Of a stretch of DNA of 64,000 nucleotides, positions 50,776 to 60,000 are shown in pieces. Positions within the stretch are counted from its first letter, which is position 1; the number at the start of each line of letters is the position of its first letter. The position numbers and the translations under genes are program-made. Source of the DNA: Treponema sp. (GTDB taxonomy: Bacteria; Spirochaetota; Spirochaetia; Treponematales; Treponemataceae); assembly GCA_017470085.1 (NCBI GenBank), contig JAFUFE010000114.1, forward strand, positions 1,721 through 65,720, written 5' to 3'. The notes below the pieces were generated by a model that ran no database searches, had not been told where the DNA came from, and saw only the letters and a program-made list of their open reading frames with translations.

Positions 50776-51722
50776 GAGCGGACTCCTTTTTGGTCTGTAG
50801 GCGCAGATGAGCTATCGTTTGGCCTACGCAAATGCTCCTTGAACCACCCTGCCACGTCGGTTTGGCTTATAATCAGGCAGACGATAATCAGCAAGCCCGT
50901 AATCAGTTTGAGGTCGTTACTGTTCATGCCGATGGTGTAGCCGTAGCGACGGGAAAGGAACATGAGCGCGCGGTACAGGATTGAGCCGAGCAACACACGG
51001 AGCGTCTGCACGGCGATTTTGTTGGACTTTACGATGAACTCGCCGAGCATAAGCGACGCAAGCCCCGAAACGACTACGCCCGTGCCGCTTCCCACATCGG
51101 CAAAGCCCTGGTACATGGCGAACAATGCGCCGCTCAGTGCCGCAAGTCCGTCGCCAAAGCAGATGCCCACGCCGCGCACAAAACGCGCGTCCACGCCCTG
51201 GCTCGTGACCATCTGCGGATTTGCGCCGAGCGCGCCCATCGTTAAGCCAAAGTCGGTGCTGAAAAACAGGTTCAGCAGAATGGTGAGTGCGCCCACAAAT
51301 AGCACCAAAAAGATGACAACCGTCCAGTCGCCGCTCAGTCCGTTTGCGCCCGCCCAGGCGGTCAGGTTGGAAAAAATGGTGGGAATGCGCAAAAACGAAA
51401 TATTTGCGTGGTTGGACATAACGCGCAGATTGACGGAATAGAGCATCGTCATCATCAGAATGCCCGCAAGCAGGTCGGGAATACGCAGTTTGGTGTAGAT
51501 GAGCGTGGTGCAAAAGCCCGCAATGCAGCCCGCCACAAATGCGATGATAAGCGCGGCGGCGGGCGCGATGCCGTGCGTCAGACACGCCGCAAGCACACAC
51601 GCGCCCAGCGGAAACGAGCCGTCCACTGTCATATCGCAGAAGTTCAGCACGCGGAACGTCATAAACACGCCCAGCACCATAATGCCGTAAATCAAGCCTT
51701 CAATCAGGATTCCCGAAATCAT
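50769..51722 (-). CDS. ABC transporter permease (COG4120-type)
   Basis: 317-aa polytopic protein between the binding-protein and ATPase genes; overlaps the ATPase start by 7 nt. Confidence 0.85.
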   Translation of the reverse strand: MISGILIEGLIYGIMVLGVFMTFRVLNFCDMTVDGSFPLGACVLAACLTHGIAPAAALIIAFVAGCIAGFCTTLIYTKLRIPDLLAGILMMTMLYSVNLRVMSNHANISFLRIPTIFSNLTAWAGANGLSGDWTVVIFLVLFVGALTILLNLFFSTDFGLTMGALGANPQMVTSQGVDARFVRGVGICFGDGLAALSGALFAMYQGFADVGSGTGVVVSGLASLMLGEFIVKSNKIAVQTLRVLLGSILYRALMFLSRRYGYTIGMNSNDLKLITGLLIIVCLIISQTDVAGWFKEHLRRPNDSSSAPTDQKGVRSC

Positions 51723-51774
51723 ACTTTTTCCTTTGGGGTCTCAACATTCCCGCGCACATGCACGGGAATAACAC

Positions 51775-52767
51775 TTATTTCGTTGTCAACGCGCCGTTTT
51801 CAAAAATCATATTCGCTTGCGCAAGCAGTTCGTTGCTAAAGGTGATGCCACAGTTTTTTGCCGCGTCCAAGTCCAAAAGTAAGTCGCTGTCGCTCGGCTC
51901 GGTCATAAAGCGCACGGGAAGGTCTGCGGGGCTTGCGCCGTTTAGAATCTGCACGCACATTTCGCCCGTGGCGCGTCCAGCCTTGTAGTAGTTAAAGCCA
52001 CTTGCCATCAGAATGCCGCCCGCCTGTGCGCCCGTTACGTCCGCGCTGAAAATCGGCTTCTTTGCGTTGCCGAACACCTGCACCAACGCCGCAAGCGCGC
52101 TGAACACCGTGTTGTCCGTGGTCAGGTAGATGCCGTCCACGCGGTCAACAATCGCTTCTGCGGCGGCCTTTACCTCGGATGAATTGGTAATCGCCTGTGG
52201 AACAAGCCGCAAGCCCAAATGTGCGCACGCTTTTTCCACCAAATCAAGCGAGCTGATTGAATTTGCTTCATTGCTCGTGTAGATGTAGCCAAGCGTCTTG
52301 ATTCCCGTCACTTCCTGAAAAAACGCAAGGTGTGCACCTGTGTCCACGTAGTCGCTCATACCCGTTACGTTGCCTTCACCGTGGTCGAGCGTGGTCACAA
52401 GCCCTGCGCTCAGCGGGTCAGTCACTGTGCCAAACACCACGGGAATGTCCTTAATCGCATTTGCCAACGCAAGCGCAACGGGAGTCGCAATGCCCACCGC
52501 CAAATCCACGCGCTCGTCCTTGTACTTGTTTGCAATCTGCGCCGCCGTGTTCACGTCGCCATTTGCATTCTGCAAGTCGTACTCGGCCTTGATGCCGGAC
52601 TCATTAATCACGTCGATGATGCCGCGCTCCACGTCATCCAGAGCCACGTGCTGCACGATTTTTGCGATGCCGATTTTTTTTGTGCTTGCGCTAGTCGCCT
52701 TTTTGTTACAACCCGCAAGCGAGCCAATCAGAGCCACTGCCACCAATGCAGAAACCAGTCTCTTCAT
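51775..52767 (-). CDS. ABC transporter substrate-binding lipoprotein (ABC_sub_bind / PF04392-like)
   Basis: 330 aa. Lipobox LAGC; KKIGIAKIVQHVALDDVERG is typical of this family (from memory). Confidence 0.8.
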   Translation of the reverse strand: MKRLVSALVAVALIGSLAGCNKKATSASTKKIGIAKIVQHVALDDVERGIIDVINESGIKAEYDLQNANGDVNTAAQIANKYKDERVDLAVGIATPVALALANAIKDIPVVFGTVTDPLSAGLVTTLDHGEGNVTGMSDYVDTGAHLAFFQEVTGIKTLGYIYTSNEANSISSLDLVEKACAHLGLRLVPQAITNSSEVKAAAEAIVDRVDGIYLTTDNTVFSALAALVQVFGNAKKPIFSADVTGAQAGGILMASGFNYYKAGRATGEMCVQILNGASPADLPVRFMTEPSDSDLLLDLDAAKNCGITFSNELLAQANMIFENGALTTK

Positions 52768-52910
52768 AGGAAATCTCCTTAGTTACAATTTCTACAATGC
52801 ATGTTACCATTTATAGAAACATTTGACAAGAGAATAAAATGCTCTTTTTTCATTTTTAAATGCGTGATGAGCATTCGTACTCACACACGCCATGGCTATA
52901 GCCAAACTGT

Positions 52911-52950
52911 ACAGCAGCAAGCAGATGCTATCCACCCTGTTTGCTGCTGT
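52911..52950 (-). terminator. Hairpin after metY (10-bp stem ACAGCAGCAA/TTGCTGCTGT)
   Basis: Inverted repeat at 52911-52920 and 52941-52950, immediately downstream of the metY stop on the minus strand. The U-tract is weak. Confidence 0.45.
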
Positions 52951-52960
52951 CAGCCGTGCT

Positions 52961-54259
52961 CTATGCACCTTTGAATGCCTGCTCCAAATCCGCAATGATG
53001 TCGTCGGCGGTTTCCGTGCCGATTGACAGGCGAATGGTGTTGGGCTTAATGCCCTGGTCAAGCAGTTCTTCTTCCGTCAGCTGTGAATGCGTGGTACTTG
53101 CCGGGTGAATGACGAGCGATTTAACGTCCGCCACATTTGCAAGCAGGCTAAAAATCTGCAAGCGGTCAATAAACGCCTGTGCTTCCTGTGCTCCGCCTTT
53201 GATTTCAAACGTAAAGATTGAGCCGCCGCCGTTGGGATAATACTTTTGGTACAACTTGTGGTCGGGATGGTCTTTAATCGCAGGGTGATTGACGTGCTCT
53301 ACATACAGACTTTTTTCCAAGTATGCAAGCACTTTTTTGGTGTTTTCCACATGGCGTTCTACGCGGAGCGAGAGCGTTTCCAAACCCTGCAACAGCAAAA
53401 ATGCATTGAACGGAGAAAGCGTCGCGCCCGTGTCGCGGAGCAAAATCGCGCGGATTTTGGTGACGAACGCTGCAGGTCCAATCGCCTTTGCAAATGAAAT
53501 GCCGTGGTAGCTGGGGTTGGGGTCTACGAGTGCGGGGAATTTTCCGCTTGCAACCCAGTCGAATTTGCCACTGTCCACAATTACGCCGCCGAGCGTTGTT
53601 CCGTGACCGCCGATAAACTTTGTTGCCGAATGCACCACGATGTCCGCACCGTGCTCAATCGGGCGAAACAAGTACGGCGTTGCAAAGGTTGAGTCCACCA
53701 CGAGCGGAATCTTGTTTTCGTGCGCGATTTTTGCAAGCGCGTCAAAGTCGGGAATGTCGCTGTTGGGATTTCCGAGCGATTCGGTAAAAATCGCCTTTGT
53801 GTCAGGCGTGATTGCCTTTTGTACGTCGTCAAGGTTGTGAATGTCCACAAAGGTAGTCGTAATGCCGTACTGCACCAGCGTGTGCGCAAGCAGGTTGTAC
53901 GTGCCGCCGTAGATAGTCTTTTGGCTTACGATGTGCCCGCCGCCTTCGGCAAGGTTCAGAATCGTGTAGTTGATGGCAGCCGCGCCGCTTGCCACTGCCA
54001 GAGCCGCAACACCGCCTTCTAGCGCGGCAATGCGTTTTTCAAACACGTCTTCGGTACTGTTGGTCAGGCGACCGTAGATATTGCCCGGGTCGCGCAAGCC
54101 AAAGCGGTCTGCCGCATGCTGCGAGTTGTGGAACACGTAGCTCGTCGTCTGATAAATCGGCACGGCGCGCGCATCTGTCGCGGGGTCTGCCTCTTCTTGC
54201 CCAATGTGGAGCTGTTTGGTTTCAAAGCCCCATTTTGAAGTGTCCGTAATCTTTGCCAT
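52961..54259 (-). CDS. metY: O-acetylhomoserine sulfhydrylase (PLP-dependent Cys/Met metabolism family)
   Basis: 432 aa with [11 protein letters not shown], the PLP-lysine region [14 protein letters not shown], and the C-terminal RLSIGTE. Confidence 0.92.
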   Translation of the reverse strand: MAKITDTSKWGFETKQLHIGQEEADPATDARAVPIYQTTSYVFHNSQHAADRFGLRDPGNIYGRLTNSTEDVFEKRIAALEGGVAALAVASGAAAINYTILNLAEGGGHIVSQKTIYGGTYNLLAHTLVQYGITTTFVDIHNLDDVQKAITPDTKAIFTESLGNPNSDIPDFDALAKIAHENKIPLVVDSTFATPYLFRPIEHGADIVVHSATKFIGGHGTTLGGVIVDSGKFDWVASGKFPALVDPNPSYHGISFAKAIGPAAFVTKIRAILLRDTGATLSPFNAFLLLQGLETLSLRVERHVENTKKVLAYLEKSLYVEHVNHPAIKDHPDHKLYQKYYPNGGGSIFTFEIKGGAQEAQAFIDRLQIFSLLANVADVKSLVIHPASTTHSQLTEEELLDQGIKPNTIRLSIGTETADDIIADLEQAFKGA

Positions 54260-54451
54260 AAAATCCTCCTGTTATTGGGCGCCCCCCATAGGGCGCCGCT
54301 GTGGTGCACCACTGCAGAGCACTGAAAGCCACTGCTTCGCTGCACCAATTACTGCCGGCACGATTCATAACGCTGTATCATCAGCGCGAATTCTCACCCA
54401 TCCATAGTACATTTAATATAGTAGTTATTTCCTGCACCCAGCGGGCTGTTT

Positions 54452-54541
54452 CTTACTTTCCCCGGTAAGGAAACCGCATCCGCCCATTGCGCCAGTTGTG
54501 AAGGACATATGCACGAAAATATCTGATACATTCGGTATTCA
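54452..54541 (-). CDS. Candidate leader sORF (29 aa) in the metY 5' region
   Basis: GAGGAGG sits 7 nt upstream of the ATG at 54541. It encodes MNTECIRYFRAYVLHNWRNGRMRFPYRGK; its stop lies inside a 9-10-bp hairpin. No homology known to me. Confidence 0.3.
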
Positions 54542-54626
54542 TGTATTGTCCTCCTCAATTCCGTTGAGCTATCCTCGCTAACTCGTGTCAACGTTATTTA
54601 TATTTCATATATGAATAATATGAAAT

Positions 54627-54655
54627 AATGATACCGCATTCTGCACCCTTTGTCA
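54627..54655 (-). promoter_or_regulatory. Sigma-70 promoter TTGACA-N17-TATCAT upstream of metY leader
   Basis: Minus-strand TTGACA at 54655-54650 and TATCAT at 54632-54627; implies a leader of about 360 nt. Confidence 0.6.
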
Positions 54656-54673
54656 ATACATTCACGCATATAT

Positions 54674-54994
54674 TTAGCGGGGCATCGTTTTTACCGCTTT
54701 TCCTTGTCGCGCAAGCGGCATGAGGGCGGCAAGGTTCTCCGCCTCTTCTTTTCGCTCCTTTGCGTACGCAGTAGTTACGCTCCCTCCGCTGTACGAGCTG
54801 TATAGCGCGCGCATCCCCGAAGCGTTCACCTTTGCCGCCGCCTGCTTCCCGCCGTCCGTGCCGACATACTCCCGCGCGTAGTCGCGCCGTATGCCCGTCT
54901 GGCGGCAGAACTCGCGCGCCTGTTTTTGCCGCCCAGATGCATCCGAGCGGCAGTCAAAACACCGCGGCAGCCGCTTGACGGCTGACCGCGGCAT
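54674..54994 (-). CDS. Hypothetical small basic protein (uncertain; GC-rich region)
   Basis: The ORF track gives 54674..55000 from a TTG start; the first ATG is at 54994. There is no recognisable motif. It could be a chance ORF in GC-rich DNA. Confidence 0.25.
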   Translation of the reverse strand: MPRSAVKRLPRCFDCRSDASGRQKQAREFCRQTGIRRDYAREYVGTDGGKQAAAKVNASGMRALYSSYSGGSVTTAYAKERKEEAENLAALMPLARQGKAVKTMPR

Positions 54995-55003
54995 TTGCAA
55001 ATG

Positions 55004-56524
55004 CTACGATACGTCCGCCACCGTCTCGCCGCCCGACATTTTCTTTTCGAGCTTCGTCATCAAAAGCGGGCTTAAGATGCCGAACACGCAGAGCGCAATG
55101 AGCACCCAGCACACTGGCGATGAAAAGAATATCGCGGGGCTGCCGCCTGAAAGCAAAAGCGAGCGGCGCAAGCCTTTTTCGCCGAGCGGTCCCAGAATGA
55201 GCGCGAGCACGATTGCCGCATTGTTGAGTTCAAACTTGCGCACCAGATAACCGAGCACGCCAAAAATCATCATGATTACTACGTCGGCGTAGATTTTGCG
55301 GATGGCGAACGAGCCGACAATGCACAGCACAATGATGCACGGAATCAAAATCGCGTCAGAGAGCTTGGCGATTTTTGCAAAGCCTTTGCAGCCGAGTAAG
55401 CCTATGCCGAGCATAAAAAACTGCACGAGCACAAATCCTGCAAAAAACGTGTACGTCATCGGCGCGTATTTGGTGAACAAGTCCGCGCCTGGCTGCAATC
55501 CTTGAATAATCAAGCCGCCCATCAAAATCGCCGTGACAGATTCGCCGGGAATGCCGAGCGTGAGCATGGGGATGAGCGAGCCGCCGGTGACCGCGTTGTT
55601 CGCAGATTCGCTTGCAGCAACTCCTTCGATTGAGCCGGTGCCGAATTCGCTGCCATGCTTTGAAAGCTGCTTGTTCGTGTTGTAGCTCATAAAGCACGCG
55701 ATTGACGCGCCTGCGCCCGGCAGTATGCCGATGATGTTGCCGATAATCCAGCCGCGCAAAATCGTGGGCGTAATCTGCTTCACCTCTGTGCCGGAGATGA
55801 CCATGCGGTCTTTTACTTTTGTTGCGTCCTGCCGCTTTACAATCGCTTTTTCCGCAAGAATGAGCGCCTGCGACATCGAGAACAAACCGATGAGCGCGCA
55901 CGTCACGTTGATGCCCTCATAGAGCGAATCCTGTCCGAACATAAAGCGCGGCACGCCGTTCATCGGATCCATGCCGATTGTCGAAATCAAAAGACCGAGC
56001 GCGCCGCTCATCAATCCTTTGAGCATGCTCTTTGTTGAAACGCCCGCGATAATCGTAAGGCCGAAAATCGAGAGCCAAAAATATTCGGGCTGGCGAAATT
56101 TCATGGCGAGCTGCGCAAGGAGCGGTGCGAAAAAGTAGAGCGAAACGCAGCTTAAAAGTCCGCCGCAGAACGACGAAAAACATGAGACTGCGAGCGCCTT
56201 TCCCGCCTTGCCCTGCTTTGTCAGCTCGTAGCCGTCAAGTGCGGTTGCAGCGGACGCGGGCGTTCCCGGCGTGTGGATGAGGATTGCGGAAATCGAACCG
56301 CCGAAGATTGCGCCGCAGTAAATGCCGCCGAGCACGATAAGCCCGGTAGACGCGTCCATCGAAAACGTCATCGGCAGCAGGAGCGCGACGCCCATCGCGG
56401 CAGAAAGCCCCGGCAGGCAGCCGATGACAATGCCGAGCGCAGTGCTCAACGCCATGGCAAGAAGGTTGCCTGGCGAAAGTGCGTTGATAAAGCCCGCGCC
56501 CATTAAAGATATAGTTTCCAGCAT
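55004..56524 (-). CDS. tctA: Tripartite tricarboxylate transporter large permease TctA
   Basis: 506-aa polytopic protein with the N-terminus MLETISLMGAGFINALSPGNLLAMALSTALGIVIGCLPGLS, typical of TctA. Confidence 0.88.
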   Translation of the reverse strand: MLETISLMGAGFINALSPGNLLAMALSTALGIVIGCLPGLSAAMGVALLLPMTFSMDASTGLIVLGGIYCGAIFGGSISAILIHTPGTPASAATALDGYELTKQGKAGKALAVSCFSSFCGGLLSCVSLYFFAPLLAQLAMKFRQPEYFWLSIFGLTIIAGVSTKSMLKGLMSGALGLLISTIGMDPMNGVPRFMFGQDSLYEGINVTCALIGLFSMSQALILAEKAIVKRQDATKVKDRMVISGTEVKQITPTILRGWIIGNIIGILPGAGASIACFMSYNTNKQLSKHGSEFGTGSIEGVAASESANNAVTGGSLIPMLTLGIPGESVTAILMGGLIIQGLQPGADLFTKYAPMTYTFFAGFVLVQFFMLGIGLLGCKGFAKIAKLSDAILIPCIIVLCIVGSFAIRKIYADVVIMMIFGVLGYLVRKFELNNAAIVLALILGPLGEKGLRRSLLLSGGSPAIFFSSPVCWVLIALCVFGILSPLLMTKLEKKMSGGETVADVS

Positions 56525-56533
56525 AGCGTTCTC

Positions 56534-56989
56534 CTACAAAAGCAATTCGAACACCAGCCCTTTCATCAGGCTGACTTTCAGAATCACGTTAAAGGTAACG
56601 AACACGAGCGCAAGAATTGACGCTGTGGTGATGGCAATGGTGAGCGGCTTTATGCGCAGCGATATGAGCACAGCAATCATAAAGATGACGGTGGCGGGAT
56701 AAAAGCCGATGAGGTACAGCGCAGCAAGATAGCCGAGCGCCGAGCCGAGCACAGTAAAAAACTGACGCGGCAAAAATCCTTTGAACAGCTCCGCAAGACC
56801 GCTCGTAACTCCCGCCTTTTTTGCCGTCACGACCATCTTGGCAACATACATGGTGGTGAGCAGCGCAAGAATGACGATGATGAGGCGCGGATAAATCTGC
56901 GCGTCGGCAGGCAGCGTGCGGTTCATGAGCGTAAACCATACGCACACGCCGTACATGAACGCAACAATACCGATGTCTGTCTTTTTCAT
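56534..56989 (-). CDS. tctB: Tripartite tricarboxylate transporter small subunit TctB
   Basis: ATG at 56989 (MKKTDIGIVAFMYG). About 150 aa with four TM helices, directly upstream of tctA. Confidence 0.75.
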   Translation of the reverse strand: MKKTDIGIVAFMYGVCVWFTLMNRTLPADAQIYPRLIIVILALLTTMYVAKMVVTAKKAGVTSGLAELFKGFLPRQFFTVLGSALGYLAALYLIGFYPATVIFMIAVLISLRIKPLTIAITTASILALVFVTFNVILKVSLMKGLVFELLL

Positions 56990-57170
56990 AGAAACTCCAA
57001 AAATGAAACCACACGCAGGTTGAACTGCCGTATTTGATAAACCTCTGAACGGCACACCGGTAAAACGATTGTGCTATTTTGAATAGTACCACACTATTTA
57101 AAAATAATCTATGTAAATATTTGGAGCAGATGATTCGGAAAGCCGGCTGCTTCAGGTTCGGTCACCCTCA

Positions 57171-57200
57171 TTGCCGCACGGGAGTTCTCCCGTGCGGCAA
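57171..57200. repeat. Perfect 14-bp inverted repeat hairpin (TTGCCGCACGGGAG-TT-CTCCCGTGCGGCAA)
   Basis: Read directly from the sequence. It is nested in a longer imperfect inverted repeat at 57141-57223, between the GNAT gene end and the tctB start. Confidence 0.85.
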
Positions 57201-57339
57201 CTGGCGCCCTCCGCAGCCGGGCTAAGACGCTGCGCAGTACGTACAGAACACTATAAAACATGCCCTCTGTCAGCTGGCCTTGTCAGTTCCCATGTCCTGC
57301 CCCTTGTGCACTTTTTTCGTCATTTTTAGCTATTATTCC

Positions 57340-57609
57340 TTACTGCTCTATATGGTTCTTTTTAGCCCATGCACCAACAAAGCTACATTCGTATTTAAAC
57401 GCATGGTGATGTTCAGCTGCATAATCGTACGCGGCCTGTGCAAGCAGAGCGCCGTAACCGCGCCCACCGAGCGCTGGCGGTACAACGGTATGCAGAACGA
57501 CAAGATTGCCGTTATCCATGCTGTAGTCAAGATATGCTTCTCCCTCCGGCTGCGTAATTTTAAACATCATTGCGGCAGCATCGTGGGTAATGGTGACGTT
57601 ATTCGACAT
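57340..57609 (-). CDS. Small GNAT-like acetyltransferase (YjdJ-type)
   Basis: ATG at 57609 follows GGAGGAGG. About 89 aa with VVPPALGGRGYGALLAQAAYDYAAEH. Confidence 0.75.
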   Translation of the reverse strand: MSNNVTITHDAAAMMFKITQPEGEAYLDYSMDNGNLVVLHTVVPPALGGRGYGALLAQAAYDYAAEHHHAFKYECSFVGAWAKKNHIEQ

Positions 57610-57699
57610 TGTAGTTACCTCCTCCGTTGTCTTTTTTGAGCGCAAGAAAACGGTGCCCCATTCTAGACACAAAATGCCGTTTTATGCTATAGTATATTC

Positions 57700-57771
57700 G
57701 GCGTCGTATCCAAGTGGTAAGGAGCGGGTCTGCAAAACCCTTATGCAGCGGTTCGATTCCGCTCGACGCCT
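57700..57771 (+). tRNA. trnC: tRNA-Cys (anticodon GCA)
   Basis: Manual cloverleaf: acceptor GGCGTCG/CGACGCC, anticodon loop CTGCAAA, T-arm AGCGG-TTCGATT-CCGCT. TAGACA-N18-TATAGT lies upstream and a T6 run downstream. Confidence 0.88.
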
Positions 57772-58043
57772 TTTTTAGTTCCTTAATTTATAAAGATAGC
57801 AATGGGTAACCCATCAGTGTGAGAAACGGTCACCGCGGTGCCTTCACAATGAAATGCAGCTGCGTTCTCTGCTGTACGCGTGCGTCATAAGAACTCGCAT
57901 CGACAATGTGCACGCTGCTCTGATGCATATCCTAACCCGGCGTATTCTGTGCACACATTGTTTTTTGTATATCATATCGTCAGCGGAACCGTTTTGTGGC
58001 GCTGGGGCGTCTGTTTGTTTTCGTCCGGCAGCACTAATAGAAA

Positions 58044-59981
58044 CTATCGTTTTTTATACGCTGCCTTTATGGTCTCTGCAAATAGTTTGTTCTGGTCGTT
58101 TCTGACCTCGGTAGAAAACTGCGGCTTTCCGTCATCAAGTGACACGCGATAGATGTCCATCGGATCAGACGAATACGCCGGACTTGATGGATTGTTTATC
58201 CACCAGTCGAGCACCGCTATAATACACAGCGTATATTTCAGCAGATTTGCATTCGTGGCATTGGTGGACTGCCCGGTATTTTGTGCACCGAGCAAAACGT
58301 CAAACCGTTTTGAAATTTCGTTCGGGATATCAAAGTGATAGTGCTCCCATGGATTTTTAAGCAAGGTTACCGGACGCCGTGCGTGTGCTGCTTGATCGCA
58401 TTCGCGCATGGCTTCAGTTAAAAATTTTCGGGCAAAGCTGGTACGCACAAAAAGCGGCGGATATTTATTTTCTCCCACCGGATGTTCAAGCGTCAACTGT
58501 TCAAATGTAAAGTGCGGCAAAAAGTGATTGCGCATCTGCCACAGCAGTGAATCAAGCGTTTTTTTGCCGACCGGCGAATGCGCAAATTCCGGTTTTACAT
58601 AGATTTCGTTTACAAAATTGATAAGCGGCTCACAGTACGATTTTTCAAAGAGGTGTTCCCAGTAGGCGTTCCAGTCGTCAATTATTTTGTTCATGCTGTC
58701 GGAACTGTCCTTGCCGCTTTCATCAGGATTGGGTGCCGAAAACGTAATAGTGCGGGAGCCGCGGAAACAGTCTTCAATGATTCGGACAAGCACAATGGTT
58801 ACTTGGAGCGGATTCTGTGGAGAAAGCACATTGAATCCTTCGGCAAATTGATACAGCGGCTGAAAGTAGGAAAACAGATCGGGGTGCGTGTCAAGCTGTT
58901 TAAACCCCGCTTGCGGAAATAATTGATCAAGCAGCGCAATCCCTGTATTGACTACCTCATCGCGCTCTCCCCGTGTTTCCCGCACCGGCGCCGGTTTTTC
59001 CGCGGGCTTTGTTTCAGCCTTTGGTTTTTCCGGCAGCAGAAGGTCAAACTTGTGCAGACCAACAAATTTTAAAATATCCGCGATGTTCGTTGTAAAGAAC
59101 GCAGGATATTCTTCATACGTGCTGGTGCTCATGCGCATCAAAAGTGGATACAGCTTGTGGATGATTTCCGTACTGATGTACAGCCACTGCGTAATCGATT
59201 CTTTTGCCAAATCGGAAAGCCGCTCTTTCGATGCGTCAGGATAGACGAGCTGGTCTGCATAGATTTCTTTGATAAGCTTGGGGATTTTGTTTTCGCCGTA
59301 ATAATAAATCGAAACGAGCGGACGATAGATCGCGCGTACAAACGGAATAAGGTCTGCCGTAATCGGCGGCTCTTTGAGTGCCGTCAAATTGATGTAGCTA
59401 AGCTTGATGGATTGCATGGTCCACTCTGCCACCATTCGTAAGAATTTGAATTTTGGTTCTTGCGATGCGACAATTTTTGCCTTGTATGTATTCGGCGCAA
59501 TCTGTATGAGCGTTTTAATATCGGTGATAAACGCTTCCATATTGCTCATGTGCTGTTTAAGTGTTACTTCAACGAATTCGGGCATGACGCACTCAGTGCC
59601 GTTCTTTTTAAACCTGCGGATAAAATTGAACAGACCGTAATCGCGCTTGATTCTATATTCCGAAGACATCATCAGTTTATCGATAAGGTTGTTTACCTGA
59701 TGGGTAATGGGAGGTAATTCTTCCCGTCTGATTGTTTTTGGAGTAAGGAGTTCCGATGATGACGTCGTACTGTTTGCAGTAGGCCGCCGAATCGGTCCCC
59801 TGCGGCTTTTGGACTGTGCCGCGGTATGTGTATGTGAGCGTTCACGCATAATTTCTCCGCCGAGCGTATGCACCATTTTTTTTGCTTCTGCATCATCAAT
59901 ACGCCCGATATTTTTTCTTGTTTTGTCAAGTGTGCCGGGCTCCCAGTTCGCAGTCTTTGGTGGTACGTAATCGTTGCCCAT
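58044..59981 (-). CDS. Hypothetical protein (645 aa), no recognisable domain
   Basis: ATG at 59981 follows GAGGAA; the ORF track starts at a TTG at 60029. Basic, low-complexity N-terminus followed by a long alpha-helical-looking body. Confidence 0.7.
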   Translation of the reverse strand: MGNDYVPPKTANWEPGTLDKTRKNIGRIDDAEAKKMVHTLGGEIMRERSHTHTAAQSKSRRGPIRRPTANSTTSSSELLTPKTIRREELPPITHQVNNLIDKLMMSSEYRIKRDYGLFNFIRRFKKNGTECVMPEFVEVTLKQHMSNMEAFITDIKTLIQIAPNTYKAKIVASQEPKFKFLRMVAEWTMQSIKLSYINLTALKEPPITADLIPFVRAIYRPLVSIYYYGENKIPKLIKEIYADQLVYPDASKERLSDLAKESITQWLYISTEIIHKLYPLLMRMSTSTYEEYPAFFTTNIADILKFVGLHKFDLLLPEKPKAETKPAEKPAPVRETRGERDEVVNTGIALLDQLFPQAGFKQLDTHPDLFSYFQPLYQFAEGFNVLSPQNPLQVTIVLVRIIEDCFRGSRTITFSAPNPDESGKDSSDSMNKIIDDWNAYWEHLFEKSYCEPLINFVNEIYVKPEFAHSPVGKKTLDSLLWQMRNHFLPHFTFEQLTLEHPVGENKYPPLFVRTSFARKFLTEAMRECDQAAHARRPVTLLKNPWEHYHFDIPNEISKRFDVLLGAQNTGQSTNATNANLLKYTLCIIAVLDWWINNPSSPAYSSDPMDIYRVSLDDGKPQFSTEVRNDQNKLFAETIKAAYKKR

Positions 59982-60000
59982 GTTCTTCCTCGTTATACTA

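Noticed and set aside
54260-54620. SAM-I (S-box), SAM-II or cobalamin riboswitch upstream of metY.
   Set aside because: I could not find the conserved S-box elements (GAGGGA...GCCC...GCAACC...GGTGCTAA) or a B12 box. This is kept as an unclassified leader and needs an Infernal scan.
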